Assembly (NCBI GenBank): GCA_003222205.1
Contig: QHVC01000045.1
Coordinates: forward strand, 12,499-76,498
Origin: Gemmatimonadota bacterium
GTDB taxonomy: Bacteria > Gemmatimonadota > Gemmatimonadetes > Gemmatimonadales > GWC2-71-9
Length of the DNA: 64,000 nt
Reading direction: 5' to 3'
Below are positions 12,370 through 26,162 of the stretch, piece by piece. Below the pieces are notes generated by a model. The model saw only the letters and a program-made list of their open reading frames with translations, did not search any database and was not told where the DNA came from. A program made the translations under genes and the position numbers. Within the stretch, counting starts at the first letter, position 1. Every line of letters begins with the position of its first letter.

Positions 12370-13685
12370 GCCGCGCCACCTCTGCGGGTTCCAGCGCCGA
12401 CGCGCTGCTCGCCAAGGCCCGCGACCGCACGGCACGCTTCGGTGTCGTGGGGCTCGGCTACGTGGGGCTGCCCCTGGCCATGGAGCTGGTGCGCGCCGGC
12501 TACACGGTGCTCGGCTTCGACTCGAGCGCACGGGTGGTGGACGGGGTGAACGGCGGGACATCGCACGTGCAGGACGTGCCGTCCCGGGCGGTGGCGGAGG
12601 CGGTCAAGGCCGGGAAGCTCTCCGCCACGACGGATCTGGCGCGACTCAAAGAGCCCGATGCCATCTCCATCTGCGTGCCCACGCCGTTGTCCAAGACCAA
12701 GGATCCCGACGTCAGCTACGTGCTGGCGGCGACCGAATCCGTGAAGAAGAGCCTGCGGCGCGGCCAACTGGTCGTACTGGAGTCCACCACCTATCCCGGT
12801 ACGACCCGCGAGCTGCTGCTCCCGGCGTTCGAGCGCACCGGGCTCACGGTGGGTGAGGACTTCTTCCTCGCCTTCTCCCCAGAGCGGGTGGACCCGGGCA
12901 ACTCCCGGTGGAACACGCGGAACACGCCGAAGGTGCTGGGCGGCATCACGCCGGCGTGCCTGCGGGTCGCGACGGCGCTGTATCAGCCGGCGATCGAAAC
13001 GCTCGTGCCCGTCTCCTCGACCGAGGCGGCCGAGCTCGTGAAGATCCTGGAGAACACGTTCCGCAGCGTCAACATCGGGCTCGTCAACGAGATGGCGATC
13101 GTGTGCGACAAGCTCGGCGTGGACGTGTGGGAGGTCATCGACGCGGCGGCCACGAAGCCGTTCGGCTTCATGAAGTTCACCCCCGGCCCCGGCGTCGGGG
13201 GGCACTGCATCCCGCTCGATCCGCATTATCTCGCGTGGAAGATGCGGACGCTCAACTATCGCACTCGCTTCATCGAGCTGGCCGGCGAGATCAACGCCGA
13301 GATGCCCGAGTACTGGGTGGGGCGCGTCGTGGACGGGCTCAACGAGCGCGGCAAGGCCGTTCGCGGCAGCCGGGTGCTCGTGCTGGGCGTGGCGTACAAA
13401 AAGGACATCGAGGACATCCGCGAGAGTCCCGCGCTCGACGTGATCCGGCTGCTGCAGCAGCGGGGCGCCGACGTCGACTACCACGACCCGCACGTGCCGC
13501 GTTTCCGGGAAGACGGCGTCGAGCTCGTGTCGCTGCCGCTCACGGCGGAAACGCTGCGGCGGGCCGATTGCGTCATCATCGTGACCGACCACTCCGCGAT
13601 CGACTACGCGCTCGTCGCCCGGGAAGCCGCCCTGATCGTGGACACCCGCCACGTGCTGCCCCGCCGGCCGGAGGCGGAGCGGTGA
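12366..13685 (+). CDS. UDP-N-acetyl-D-glucosamine (or -mannosamine) 6-dehydrogenase, WbpA/WecC-like
   Basis: FGVVGLGYVGLPLA, ICVPTPL, FSPERVDPGN, PGPGVGGHCIPLDP, GVAYKKDIEDIRESPA: nucleotide-sugar dehydrogenase family of the ~440-aa WbpA type. Confidence 0.8.
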   Translation: MSRATSAGSSADALLAKARDRTARFGVVGLGYVGLPLAMELVRAGYTVLGFDSSARVVDGVNGGTSHVQDVPSRAVAEAVKAGKLSATTDLARLKEPDAISICVPTPLSKTKDPDVSYVLAATESVKKSLRRGQLVVLESTTYPGTTRELLLPAFERTGLTVGEDFFLAFSPERVDPGNSRWNTRNTPKVLGGITPACLRVATALYQPAIETLVPVSSTEAAELVKILENTFRSVNIGLVNEMAIVCDKLGVDVWEVIDAAATKPFGFMKFTPGPGVGGHCIPLDPHYLAWKMRTLNYRTRFIELAGEINAEMPEYWVGRVVDGLNERGKAVRGSRVLVLGVAYKKDIEDIRESPALDVIRLLQQRGADVDYHDPHVPRFREDGVELVSLPLTAETLRRADCVIIVTDHSAIDYALVAREAALIVDTRHVLPRRPEAER

Positions 13686-15001
13686 AGGTTGCCGTCGTCG
13701 GGACGGGTTACGTCGGGCTCGTCCTCGGCGCTTGTCTCGCCGAGACGGGCAACGACGTGCTGTGCGCCGACGTGGACACGGGGAAGATCGCGGGGCTGGC
13801 TCAGGGAAAGCTGCCAATCTACGAGCCCGGCCTCGAGCCCCTCGTCCTCCACAACCTGCGCGAGGGCCGCCTCGGCTTCACGACCGATGTGGGTCAGGCG
13901 GTGGAGCGCTCCGAGATCGTGTTCATCGCCGTCGGCACGCCGCCCGACGAGGATGGGTCCGCGGACCTCCAGCACGTGCTCGACGTGGCGGGGACGATCG
14001 GGCGCCGCATGAACGCGCCCAAGATCGTCATCACCAAGAGCACCGTCCCCGTCGGCACCGCCGAGCGGGTGCGGGCCGAGATCGTCCGGCACACCAAGAC
14101 CCCGTTCCACGTCTGCTCCAACCCGGAGTTTCTGAAGGAAGGCGCCGCGGTCGAAGACTTCATGAAGCCGGATCGCGTCGTGGTGGGCGTCGACTCCGAC
14201 GAGGCGGCCCGGACGCTTGAGGAGCTGTACGCCCCGTTCGTGCGCACCGGGAATCCGCTGATCTTCATGGACGTGCCGTCGGCAGAAATGACCAAGTACG
14301 CGGCCAACGCGATGCTGGCGACGCGTATCTCGTTCATGAACCAGATCGCGCGACTGTGCGAGGCGGTGGGCGCGGACGTCACGCAGGTGCGGCGCGGCAT
14401 CGGCAGCGACCGGCGCATCGGCCCCGCGTTTCTGTTCCCGGGCCCCGGCTACGGGGGCTCCTGTTTTCCGAAGGACGTCCAGGCGCTGGTCCGCTCGGGC
14501 GCCGACCACGAGGTGTCGCTCGACATTCTCGTGGCCGTGCAGGCGGCGAACGAACGCCAGAAGCGGGTGCTGTTCGAGAAGCTGCGGCGGCACTTCGACG
14601 GCGCCCTGCGCGGTCGGGCGGTTGCCGTTTGGGGCCTCGCGTTCAAGGCCGAGACTGACGACGTCCGCGAGAGCCCGGCGCTGGTGCTTGTGGAGCTGCT
14701 GCTGCGCGAGGGCGCGACGGTGCGGGTGCACGATCCCGCGGCGCTCGCCGCGGCGCGTCGCGTGTTCGGCGACCGCGTCACCTACGCGGAGCACGCCTAC
14801 GACGCGCTCGCCGGCGCCGATGCGTTGGCGATCGTGACCGAGTGGCTGGAGTACCGCAACCCCGACTTCGCCCGCATCCGCCAGTTGCTGCGCCGGCCAC
14901 TGATCGTGGACGGGCGCAACCTCTTCGAGCCCGACCGTCTCGCCAAGCTCGGCTTCACCTACGACAGTATCGGCCGCCGCCTGGCATGCGCCTCCTCGTA
15001 A
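13682..15001 (+). CDS. ugd: UDP-glucose 6-dehydrogenase
   Basis: [75 protein letters not shown] 13682 overlaps the upstream TGA. Confidence 0.9.
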   Translation: MKVAVVGTGYVGLVLGACLAETGNDVLCADVDTGKIAGLAQGKLPIYEPGLEPLVLHNLREGRLGFTTDVGQAVERSEIVFIAVGTPPDEDGSADLQHVLDVAGTIGRRMNAPKIVITKSTVPVGTAERVRAEIVRHTKTPFHVCSNPEFLKEGAAVEDFMKPDRVVVGVDSDEAARTLEELYAPFVRTGNPLIFMDVPSAEMTKYAANAMLATRISFMNQIARLCEAVGADVTQVRRGIGSDRRIGPAFLFPGPGYGGSCFPKDVQALVRSGADHEVSLDILVAVQAANERQKRVLFEKLRRHFDGALRGRAVAVWGLAFKAETDDVRESPALVLVELLLREGATVRVHDPAALAAARRVFGDRVTYAEHAYDALAGADALAIVTEWLEYRNPDFARIRQLLRRPLIVDGRNLFEPDRLAKLGFTYDSIGRRLACASS

Positions 15002-15921
15002 CCGGCGCGGCCGGGTTCCTCGGCAGCCACCTCTGCGACCGGCTGCTCGCGCTCGGGCACACCGTGGTCGGCATGGACAACCTGATCACGGGAGCGCCCG
15101 CCAACCTCGCCCACCTCGAGCACCACCGCGGCCTGCAGTTCGTCCGCCACGACGTCAGCACGTTCATCGACGTCCCCGGTCCCGTGGACGGCATCCTGCA
15201 CTTCGCCAGTCCGGCGAGCCCGATCGACTACCTCGAGTATCCGATCCCCACACTGAAGGTGGGCGCGCTGGGCACGCACAACGCCCTGGGACTCGCCAAG
15301 GCAAAAGGCGCGCGCTTCCTGCTCGCCTCGACGTCCGAGGTGTACGGCGACCCGCTCGTCCACCCGCAGCCGGAAAGCTACTGGGGCAACGTGAACCCGG
15401 TGGGTCCGCGCGGCGTGTACGACGAGGCGAAGCGCTTCGCCGAAGCGATGACGATGGCCTACCACCGCTATCACCGGCTGGACACGCGGATCGTGCGGAT
15501 CTTCAACACCTACGGCCCGCGGATGCGGCCACGGGACGGGCGCGTGGTGTCGAACTTCATCGTCCAGGCGCTGAAGGGCGAGCCGCTCACCGTCTACGGC
15601 GATGGCTCGCAGACCCGCTCGTTCTGCTACGTCGACGACCTGATCGAGGGGATCGTCCGGCTGTTCGAGCGCGGCGACGCGGACCCCACCAACATCGGGA
15701 ACCCGCGCGAATTCACCGTGCGCCAGCTCGCCGACCGCGTGCTCGCGCTCACTGGAAGCCGCAGCCCGATCGTCGAGCGGCCGCTCCCGGTGGACGACCC
15801 CAAGGTGCGCCAGCCCGACATTACGCGGGCCAAGCGGCTGTTGGGGTGGGAGCCGCAGGTGCCGCTCGAGGAGGGGCTGCGCCGGACCATCGCCTACTTC
15901 CGCGACCTCGTGGGACGATGA
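14986..15921 (+). CDS. uxs: UDP-glucuronate decarboxylase (UDP-xylose synthase)
   Basis: [49 protein letters not shown]...[20 protein letters not shown] are UXS signatures. ATG 14986 overlaps the ugd end by 16 nt. Confidence 0.9.
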   Translation: MRLLVTGAAGFLGSHLCDRLLALGHTVVGMDNLITGAPANLAHLEHHRGLQFVRHDVSTFIDVPGPVDGILHFASPASPIDYLEYPIPTLKVGALGTHNALGLAKAKGARFLLASTSEVYGDPLVHPQPESYWGNVNPVGPRGVYDEAKRFAEAMTMAYHRYHRLDTRIVRIFNTYGPRMRPRDGRVVSNFIVQALKGEPLTVYGDGSQTRSFCYVDDLIEGIVRLFERGDADPTNIGNPREFTVRQLADRVLALTGSRSPIVERPLPVDDPKVRQPDITRAKRLLGWEPQVPLEEGLRRTIAYFRDLVGR

Positions 15922-16889
15922 GCGGGCGGGGAGGGGTCCTCGTCACCGGCGCCGCCGGGTTCATCGGGTCCCACGTGTGCGAAGCCCTCGTGGCCCGGGG
16001 CGATGAGGTCGTCGGCGTGGACAATTTCGACCCGTTTTATCCCCGGGCGGTGAAGGAAGCGAACCTGGCGGGGTTGCGGGCGGGCCCGCGTTTCCGCCTG
16101 GTCGAAGCCGACGTTGCGCGGGTCCCCCCGCCCCTGGACGGGGTCGGCGCGGTGTTGCACCTCGCGGCGAAACCGGGCGTCCGGCCCTCGCTCGAGGATC
16201 CCGCCGCCTATCTGGAGGCGAATGTCACCGGCACGGCGCGGGTGCTGGACGCGGCCCGGCGGGCCGGGATTGCGCCGGTCGTGGTCGCCTCTTCCTCGTC
16301 GGTGTACGGGGCAACGACGCCCGCGCCCTTCGTCGAGGACGCGGCGGCGGTGACGCCGATCTCCCCGTACGCGGCGAGCAAACGCGCCGCGGAGCTGGTG
16401 GCGCATGCGTTCGCGCATTTGTACGGGATGCGGATCGCCTGCCTGCGATACTTCACGGTGTACGGGCCGCGCCAGCGCCCCGATCTCGCGATCCACCGCT
16501 TCACCGCCGGCATCGCCCGGGGGCAGGCGGTCGCGATGCACGGGGACGGATCGAGCGAGCGCGACTACACCTATATTACGGATGCGGTGGCGGGCACGGT
16601 CGCGGCGCTGGACTGGGTGGCGCACCCGCGCGCCCCGACGTGCACCGCGTTCAACATCGGTGGTGGCGCGCGAGTGCGACTCGACCGCCTGCTGCAGCTC
16701 ATCGCCGAGGCCCTGGGGCGCAAGCCGCGCATCGAGCGGCGGCCCGACCAACCGGGGGACGTGCCGGTCACGGCCGCGGATCTGCGCCGCGCCGAGCGCG
16801 AGCTGGGCTACCGCCCGCAGGTGGGGATCGAGGACGGGATCCGCCGCTTCGCCCGCTGGTACGAGGAGACCCATGGACGTCAGTCCTGA
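15918..16889 (+). CDS. NAD-dependent sugar-nucleotide epimerase, UDP-glucuronate 4-epimerase-like
   Basis: [46 protein letters not shown] (compare the FFTVYGPWGRPDMA motif of UDP-GlcA 4-epimerases). ATGA overlap with uxs. Confidence 0.72.
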   Translation: MSGRGGVLVTGAAGFIGSHVCEALVARGDEVVGVDNFDPFYPRAVKEANLAGLRAGPRFRLVEADVARVPPPLDGVGAVLHLAAKPGVRPSLEDPAAYLEANVTGTARVLDAARRAGIAPVVVASSSSVYGATTPAPFVEDAAAVTPISPYAASKRAAELVAHAFAHLYGMRIACLRYFTVYGPRQRPDLAIHRFTAGIARGQAVAMHGDGSSERDYTYITDAVAGTVAALDWVAHPRAPTCTAFNIGGGARVRLDRLLQLIAEALGRKPRIERRPDQPGDVPVTAADLRRAERELGYRPQVGIEDGIRRFARWYEETHGRQS

Positions 16890-17631
16890 GCACCAGGTCG
16901 GCCAGGCGCGGGAGCGCTTCCAGCTGCAGGACTATTACGGCGCGATCCACCTGCTCGAGGACGTGGTCGCCAGCGGCCGGGCGTTCGCCGACGCACACCA
17001 CCTGCTGGGCCTGTCGTATTCCCTCGCGGGGCAGCCGGACAAGGCGCTCTCGCAGTTCGACCGGGCGCTCGGCCTCAACCCCAATTACGTCGAGGCCCTG
17101 ATTCACCGCGCCCTGGTGTTGAACGAGCTGGGCCGGGAGGACGAAGCGATCGCGTGCTTGAGCCGCGCGGGGAGCGTCGGCGGGGAAGCGCGCCAGGGGT
17201 TCCCGGCCCACGTCGCGGCCAAGCTGGCCAACCAGCACGCCGCGTTGGGCGAGGCCTATTACGAGGCCGGCGGCATGGTCGAGGCGATCGAGGAGTATCA
17301 GGCGGCCCTGAGTCTGGGACCCGCGTTCCACGATCTGCGGTATAAACTCGGCCGGCTCCTGCTCGAAGCGGGCCGGGTGCTCGATGCGCGCGAGGAATTC
17401 GAGATCATCGTGCGCCAGCGTCCGCATTTCACGGACGCCGCGGCGATGTTGGGGCTCGCGTGCTACCTCGCCGGCGACGGGCTGGCGGCGCGCACGGTCT
17501 GGGAGGAATGCCGCGAACGCCGGCCGGAGGATCCACGAGTGGAAGCATACCTCGCGATGCTCAAGCGCAGCGACTCGGCGGCGGAGCCGGCGGCCAAGCC
17601 GGCGCGCGCCGCCCGCCGCAAGAGGGCGTGA
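16873..17631 (+). CDS. tetratricopeptide-repeat protein
   Basis: Repeated 34-aa TPR-like units (AHHLLGLSYSLAGQPDKALSQFDRALGLNPNYVEA...; ALGEAYYEAGGMVEAIEEYQAALSLGP). Coding-type GC3. Overlaps the upstream gene by 17 nt. Confidence 0.7.
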   Translation: MDVSPEHQVGQARERFQLQDYYGAIHLLEDVVASGRAFADAHHLLGLSYSLAGQPDKALSQFDRALGLNPNYVEALIHRALVLNELGREDEAIACLSRAGSVGGEARQGFPAHVAAKLANQHAALGEAYYEAGGMVEAIEEYQAALSLGPAFHDLRYKLGRLLLEAGRVLDAREEFEIIVRQRPHFTDAAAMLGLACYLAGDGLAARTVWEECRERRPEDPRVEAYLAMLKRSDSAAEPAAKPARAARRKRA

Positions 17632-18542
17632 AAGGCGCCGCGCTGACCCTCCTCGCCCTCGCGCTCGCCTGTACCCGCAGCGCCGCGGACCACGAGGAGT
17701 TGGGCGATCGCAACTACGCCGCGGGGGCCTACCCCGATGCGCTCGCGGAGTACCGCCTCGGCCTGCGGGCCAACGGCGGCAGCGCGAGCCTGCACGAAAA
17801 GGCGGCCGCGGCGGCGCTGAAGCTGGGTGATTACGAGCTCGCCGCCGCCGAATACCGGGAGCTCGCCGCCGCCGACCGCTCGCGCGCCGACGAGGCGGCC
17901 GACGGCCTCGAGCGCGTCGTCCGGGCCGCGCTCGACGGCGACGACCGCCTCGCGCTCACGGCCGCACTGACCGCCCTGCGCGAGGTGGCGCCCAACCGCC
18001 CGCTCGGCCGCTACGCCCGGCTCGTCGCGCTCGACGCGGTGAATCGCGGCGACACCGCCGCGGCGCTGGCGTTCCTTCCCGTGGCGATCGCCGCCGCGGG
18101 CGATGGGCGCAGCGCCGACTCGCTGCTGTACCTCTACGGGATCACGGCCTTGCGGGCGGGGGACTGCGGGACGGCGGTCGCGGTGTTCGAGGGCGTCCTG
18201 CGGCGGCAGCGCGTCGCGAGCGTGGTGGATCAGGCGCGCGCCGGCGTCGGCCAGTGCGCGCTCGTCCAGGGCCAGCAGGCGCTGGCCGCCGGGCATCCCG
18301 CCGATGCGGAGAACTGGTTCCGCATGGCGACCGCGCCGGGGTCCGATGCGGATGTGGCGCGGGGTGGGCAGCTCGGCCTCGGCGACGTGGCGCTCGCCCA
18401 GGGCGACGTCCCCGCGGCGATCGATCACTATCAGCAGGCGCTCGTCGGCGGGACGCCAGGGGACTCCATCACCGTGAAGGCGCGCGAAAAACTCAACACC
18501 CTCGGCAAGGCCGACACGGCCGGGCGGGTCAATCCATCGTGA
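17628..18542 (+). CDS. TPR-like lipoprotein
   Basis: N-terminus VKGAALTLLALALAC has a lipobox-like LALAC. Ala-rich helical repeats (YPDALAEYRLGL, GDVPAAIDHYQQAL). GTGA overlaps at both ends. Confidence 0.62.
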   Translation: MKGAALTLLALALACTRSAADHEELGDRNYAAGAYPDALAEYRLGLRANGGSASLHEKAAAAALKLGDYELAAAEYRELAAADRSRADEAADGLERVVRAALDGDDRLALTAALTALREVAPNRPLGRYARLVALDAVNRGDTAAALAFLPVAIAAAGDGRSADSLLYLYGITALRAGDCGTAVAVFEGVLRRQRVASVVDQARAGVGQCALVQGQQALAAGHPADAENWFRMATAPGSDADVARGGQLGLGDVALAQGDVPAAIDHYQQALVGGTPGDSITVKAREKLNTLGKADTAGRVNPS

Positions 18543-19303
18543 GCCCGATCCGCCGCTGCTGGGTGGGTCTCGCCGTCGCCGGCTTGGCCGCGTGCCACCA
18601 CCGCACGAGCCCGGTGGCGCCGCGGCCCGCCCGGGATCCGCAGGTGCTGCTCGCCGAGGCGCGCCGCCAGTTCCACCACGGCGCGTTCACGAAGGCTCTG
18701 CAGGCGCTCCAGCGCCTCACCTTCGAGCTGCCGCCCGACGACTCGGCGGTGGCCGAAGTGCGTTACGACATCGGCGAGTGCTACTTCCAGACCGGCGATT
18801 TCGTCCTCGCCGCTCACGAGTTCCGGCAGACCGCCGATCAGTACCCGGCGAGCGCCTACGCCCCGCTGGCGCTGCTGCGGGCCGGCGACGCCAACCTGCG
18901 GCTGTGGCATCGACCGGAGCTCGACCCGTCCTACGGTGAGGCGGCCCTCGCCATCTACCAGGAGCTCGCCGGGCGCTACCCGGAGAGCCCCGCCGCCGCC
19001 CGCGCCCAGCTGCACGTGCGTCAGCTGCGAGACGGATTCGCCGACAAGGCCTACCGGAACGGCCTCTTCTACTTCCGCCGCCGGGCCTGGGATTCCGGTG
19101 TCATTTACTTCAAGCACGTGATCGCCACCTACCCCGAGTCCGAGCGCGCGGGCGACGCATTGCTGCGGCTCGCCGACACCTACAAGGCCATCGACTACAA
19201 GGACGAGCTGCGGGAGACGTGCGCGCACCTGCAGCGCTTTTATCCGCAGGCCGCGGCGCGGGCGAAAAGCTGCCCCGCCGACTCCAGTACCGCCGCGCGA
19301 TAG
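18539..19303 (+). CDS. bamD: outer membrane protein assembly factor BamD (YfiO family)
   Basis: Lipoprotein signal VGLAVAGLAAC and TPR-like BamD pattern (..A...F..G.F..A...L..L....P......A.V.Y.IGECYFQ.GDF.LAA.EF......YP.S.YA). ~250 aa. Confidence 0.8.
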   Translation: MSPIRRCWVGLAVAGLAACHHRTSPVAPRPARDPQVLLAEARRQFHHGAFTKALQALQRLTFELPPDDSAVAEVRYDIGECYFQTGDFVLAAHEFRQTADQYPASAYAPLALLRAGDANLRLWHRPELDPSYGEAALAIYQELAGRYPESPAAARAQLHVRQLRDGFADKAYRNGLFYFRRRAWDSGVIYFKHVIATYPESERAGDALLRLADTYKAIDYKDELRETCAHLQRFYPQAAARAKSCPADSSTAAR

Positions 19304-19308
19304 TCGCG

Positions 19309-19869
19309 ATGGACACCCTGTTCGGGGGGACGTTCGACCCGGTGCATCTGGGGCACCTGGTCGCCGCGGAAGCGGCGGCCGAGGCGCTGCAGATGCGGGT
19401 GCGGCTCATGCCGGCGCGCGAGCAGCCGTTCAAGCGGGAGGCGCACGTGGCCAGCCCCGAGCAGCGCGCCGAAATGTTGGACCTCGCCATCGCCGGCAAC
19501 CCGCGATTCGCCGTCGAGCGCATCGAGCTGGGCCTGCCGGCCCCGTCGTACACGGTGCTGACCCTGCGCGCCCTGGCGGCCCGGGAGGGCGGGAACCGGT
19601 TTACGTTGTTGTTGGGGGCGGACGCCGCCGCGGATCTGCCGCAGTGGTACGAAGTGGAATCTCTTCCCACGCTCGCGGACATCGTGGTCTTCGCCCGGCC
19701 CGGCGCCGTGGTGCGCCGGCACCGGCTGATTGCGCGCGTCATCGAGGTTCCCGCCGTGGACATTTCCGCCACGCTGGTGCGGGAGCGGGTGCGCACCGGG
19801 CGGTCGATTCGCTATCTCGTGCCCGACGCCGTGCGGGAGTATGTCGCGGCGCACGGGCTGTATCGATAG
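19309..19869 (+). CDS. nadD: nicotinate-nucleotide adenylyltransferase
   Basis: LFGGTFDPVHLGHL (HxGH nucleotidyltransferase motif), SYTV.TLR, ISAT..RE....G.SIRYLVPD.V..Y: NadD pattern. Confidence 0.9.
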   Translation: MDTLFGGTFDPVHLGHLVAAEAAAEALQMRVRLMPAREQPFKREAHVASPEQRAEMLDLAIAGNPRFAVERIELGLPAPSYTVLTLRALAAREGGNRFTLLLGADAAADLPQWYEVESLPTLADIVVFARPGAVVRRHRLIARVIEVPAVDISATLVRERVRTGRSIRYLVPDAVREYVAAHGLYR

Positions 19870-19876
19870 GGGAAGA

Positions 19877-23221
<3,345 letters not shown>

Positions 23222-23292
23222 AGGACGCGATTTGTAGCACCTGCGCATAGTTCCGGTACGGCCTCCTTGGGCTGGCCACCTACGTTGTCTGC

Positions 23293-23976
23293 ATGCCCTT
23301 GCGCCTCGCCGAGCACCCCGAACTCGACCGCCCCCGCGAGCGTTTCTGGCTGAGGGGCGCCGCCGCGTTGACGGCGCAAGAGCTCCTGGCGATTCTCCTA
23401 GGGACGGGTACCCGCGGGCGCGACGCCCTGGCGGTGGCGGCGGACGTGCTCCGCGCCAGCGACGGTTCGCCGCGGCGGCTGATGACGCGGACCGCCGCGG
23501 AGCTCGCTCGCGTCGCCGGTGTCGGCCGGGCCAAGGCGGCGCGATTGCTGGCGGGGATGGAGCTGGGGCGTCGCGCGGCGACCGAGGCGGACCCCGCGCC
23601 GCAGCGGGTGGGCGGGCCGGCGGACGTGCACCGTTACTATGCACCCACCCTTCGGGACCTCGCGGTGGAGGAGTTCCACGTGCTGGCGTTGGGGAGTCAG
23701 AGCCAGATCCTGGCGGATCTGCTGATCACCCGCGGGATCCTGAACAGCTCGCTGGTACATCCGCGGGAAGTGTTCCGGGCGGCGATCGCCGAGGCGGCGG
23801 CGGGTATCATCGTGGTGCACAATCATCCCAGCGGCGATCCCACGCCCTCGGCGGACGATCGATCCGTGACGCGCCAGCTGGTGGACGCCGGCCGCCTGCT
23901 CGATCTGCCGGTGTACGACCACGTGATCGTGGGAGGTGAGCGGTACGTGAGCTTCGCGGAGGCGGGGCTGCTGTGA
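23293..23976 (+). CDS. radC: RadC-family JAB/MPN-domain protein
   Basis: ELLAILLGTG......A...A..L, and the C-terminal HNHPSGDPTPSADD...T..L..AG.LLD..V.DH.I motif. Confidence 0.9.
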   Translation: MPLRLAEHPELDRPRERFWLRGAAALTAQELLAILLGTGTRGRDALAVAADVLRASDGSPRRLMTRTAAELARVAGVGRAKAARLLAGMELGRRAATEADPAPQRVGGPADVHRYYAPTLRDLAVEEFHVLALGSQSQILADLLITRGILNSSLVHPREVFRAAIAEAAAGIIVVHNHPSGDPTPSADDRSVTRQLVDAGRLLDLPVYDHVIVGGERYVSFAEAGLL

Positions 23977-26153
23977 CCACCACCGCGCCGATCCTGGCGC
24001 CCGAGCTGGCCCGCGCCGTGGCGGCCCAGGGGGACCGGCTCGACCGGGACCTCCTGGCGCGCGCCTATCAGGCGAGCGCCCAGGCGCATCGCGGCCAGAA
24101 GCGGCTCTCCGGCGACGACTTCGTCTCCCACTCGGTGGCGGTCGCGACGATCCTCGCCGAGCAGCAGATGGACTCGACCACCATCGCGGCGGCGCTGCTG
24201 CACGACGTGGTGGAGGACTCCGACGTCTCGCTCGACGACATCCGCAAGGACTTCGGCGCCGAGGTCGCCGAGCTGGTGGACGGGCTCACCAAGATCGCGA
24301 GCCTCACGTTTCGCTCCACGGCCGAAGAGCAGGCGGAGAACTACCGCAAACTCTTGATGTCGGTCGCCCGGGACGCGCGGGTGCTCATCATCAAGCTCGC
24401 CGACCGGCTCCACAACATGCGCACGTTGGAGCACCTCCCCGAGGACCGGCAGCGGCGCATCGCGCTCGAGACCCGGGAGATCTACGCCCCGCTCGCGCAC
24501 CGCTTCGGCATGGCGGGGATCAAGGCGGAGCTTGAGGATCTCGCCTTCAAGTTCCTCGAGACCAAGGACTACTGGGAGCTCGTCCGGAAGGTCAAGGCCA
24601 AGAAGAGCGAACGCGAGCGCACCATCGACCGCTTGCAGGGTCCCCTGGCCGAAGAGCTGGCGCGGGCCGGCGTCAGCGACTGCGAGATCACGGGGCGTCC
24701 CAAGAACCTGTGGTCCATCTACAAGAAGATGAAGAAACGCGGCGAGCCGTTCGAGGAGATCTACGATCTGCTGGCGGTCCGCGTACTGGTGGGCTCGGTC
24801 GCCGACTGCTACCACGTGCTCGGCCTGATCCATCACAAGTGGACGCCGCTCCAGGAGCGCATCAAGGACTACATCGCCAGCCCCAAGTCCAACGGCTACC
24901 AGTCGCTGCATACCACCATCTTCGGACCGGGCGGCCAGCTCTACGAGATCCAGATCCGCACGCGCGACATGCACCGCACCGCCGAGTACGGGATTGCGGC
25001 GCACTGGCTGTTCAAGGAAGGCAAGCAGCCCGATGAACTCGACCGCCACCTCTCCTGGTTCCGGCAGCTGCTCGAGCTGCAACAGGACACGCACACGCCC
25101 GAGGAGTTCCTCGAGTTCCTGAAGGTCGACCTCTATCAGGACGAGATCTTCGTGTTCACGCCGCGCGGCGACGTGAAGCGGCTCCCCAAAGGCGCCACGC
25201 CGATCGATTTCGCCTTCACGGTGCATACCGAGGTCGGGCTGCACTGCAACGGCGCGCGCATCAACGGCCGCATCGCGCCGCTGCACCGGCCGCTGAAGAA
25301 CGGCGACACCGTGGAGATCCTCACGAGCCCGCAGGCGCGCCCCTCGCGGGATTGGCTCGCGCACGTCCGCACGGCGCGCGCGCGCCACAAGATCCGCCAG
25401 TGGGTGAAGCAGGAGGAGCACGAGCGCAGCGTCGCCCTCGGCCGCGAGATCCTCGATCGCGAGATCCGCCGCCGGCGTCTTACGGCGCCCGCGCCCGACC
25501 GCTACGCGCAGGCCGCCCTCACCCTGTCCGTCGGCGCCCGCGAGCAGCTCGAGGCGGCGGTGGGCCGGGGCGACGTACCGCTGGGGCAGGTGATGCGGGC
25601 GTTGTATCCGGACCTCGCCCCCGACGACCTCCAGGCGCCCAAGGGCACGGCGTTCGGCCGTGTCATGCAGCGCCTGCGGCTGGGGCGCGGCATCAAGATC
25701 CAGGGCGTGGATGGCCTCATGGTCCGGTACGCCCAGTGCTGCCAGCCGGTCCCGGGGGACCCCGTCGTCGGCTACGTCACCCAGGGACGGGGGATCTCGA
25801 TCCACCGCAGCGACTGCCCCAACCTCCTCACGCTGTCCTCCGAGACGGAGCGGCGGGTCGAGATCGACTGGCAGGAAGTGGAAGGCGAGGTCTTCGTGGT
25901 GCGCCTGTCGGTGAGCGGGGAGGACCGGCGCGGCCTCTACGCCGACATCTGCGAAGCGATCAGCGAGACCGGCACCAACATCAAGAGCGCCGAGCTGGCG
26001 TCGAAGGACGCGGCGGTGTTCGGCGCGATCGTCGTCGAGGTGGAAAACCAGACTCAGCTCAACAAAGTGTTGCGCGCGGTGCGGCGGGTGAAAGGCGTGA
26101 CCGAAGCGGCGCGTCGCGACTCCGGCAGCCTCATCGAGCCCCCCCTCGGTTAG
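23973..26153 (+). CDS. rel: bifunctional (p)ppGpp synthetase/hydrolase (RelA/SpoT homologue)
   Basis: HD hydrolase domain (HRGQKR.SGDDFVSH...AALLHDVVED), synthetase domain (GRPKNLWSIYKKM......EIYDLLAVR; NGYQSLHTT; EIQIRT..MH..AE.G.AAHW.FKE), and TGS and ACT regions. GTGA overlap with radC. Confidence 0.95.
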   Translation: MTTTAPILAPELARAVAAQGDRLDRDLLARAYQASAQAHRGQKRLSGDDFVSHSVAVATILAEQQMDSTTIAAALLHDVVEDSDVSLDDIRKDFGAEVAELVDGLTKIASLTFRSTAEEQAENYRKLLMSVARDARVLIIKLADRLHNMRTLEHLPEDRQRRIALETREIYAPLAHRFGMAGIKAELEDLAFKFLETKDYWELVRKVKAKKSERERTIDRLQGPLAEELARAGVSDCEITGRPKNLWSIYKKMKKRGEPFEEIYDLLAVRVLVGSVADCYHVLGLIHHKWTPLQERIKDYIASPKSNGYQSLHTTIFGPGGQLYEIQIRTRDMHRTAEYGIAAHWLFKEGKQPDELDRHLSWFRQLLELQQDTHTPEEFLEFLKVDLYQDEIFVFTPRGDVKRLPKGATPIDFAFTVHTEVGLHCNGARINGRIAPLHRPLKNGDTVEILTSPQARPSRDWLAHVRTARARHKIRQWVKQEEHERSVALGREILDREIRRRRLTAPAPDRYAQAALTLSVGAREQLEAAVGRGDVPLGQVMRALYPDLAPDDLQAPKGTAFGRVMQRLRLGRGIKIQGVDGLMVRYAQCCQPVPGDPVVGYVTQGRGISIHRSDCPNLLTLSSETERRVEIDWQEVEGEVFVVRLSVSGEDRRGLYADICEAISETGTNIKSAELASKDAAVFGAIVVEVENQTQLNKVLRAVRRVKGVTEAARRDSGSLIEPPLG

Positions 26154-26162
26154 CTTTCCCGG

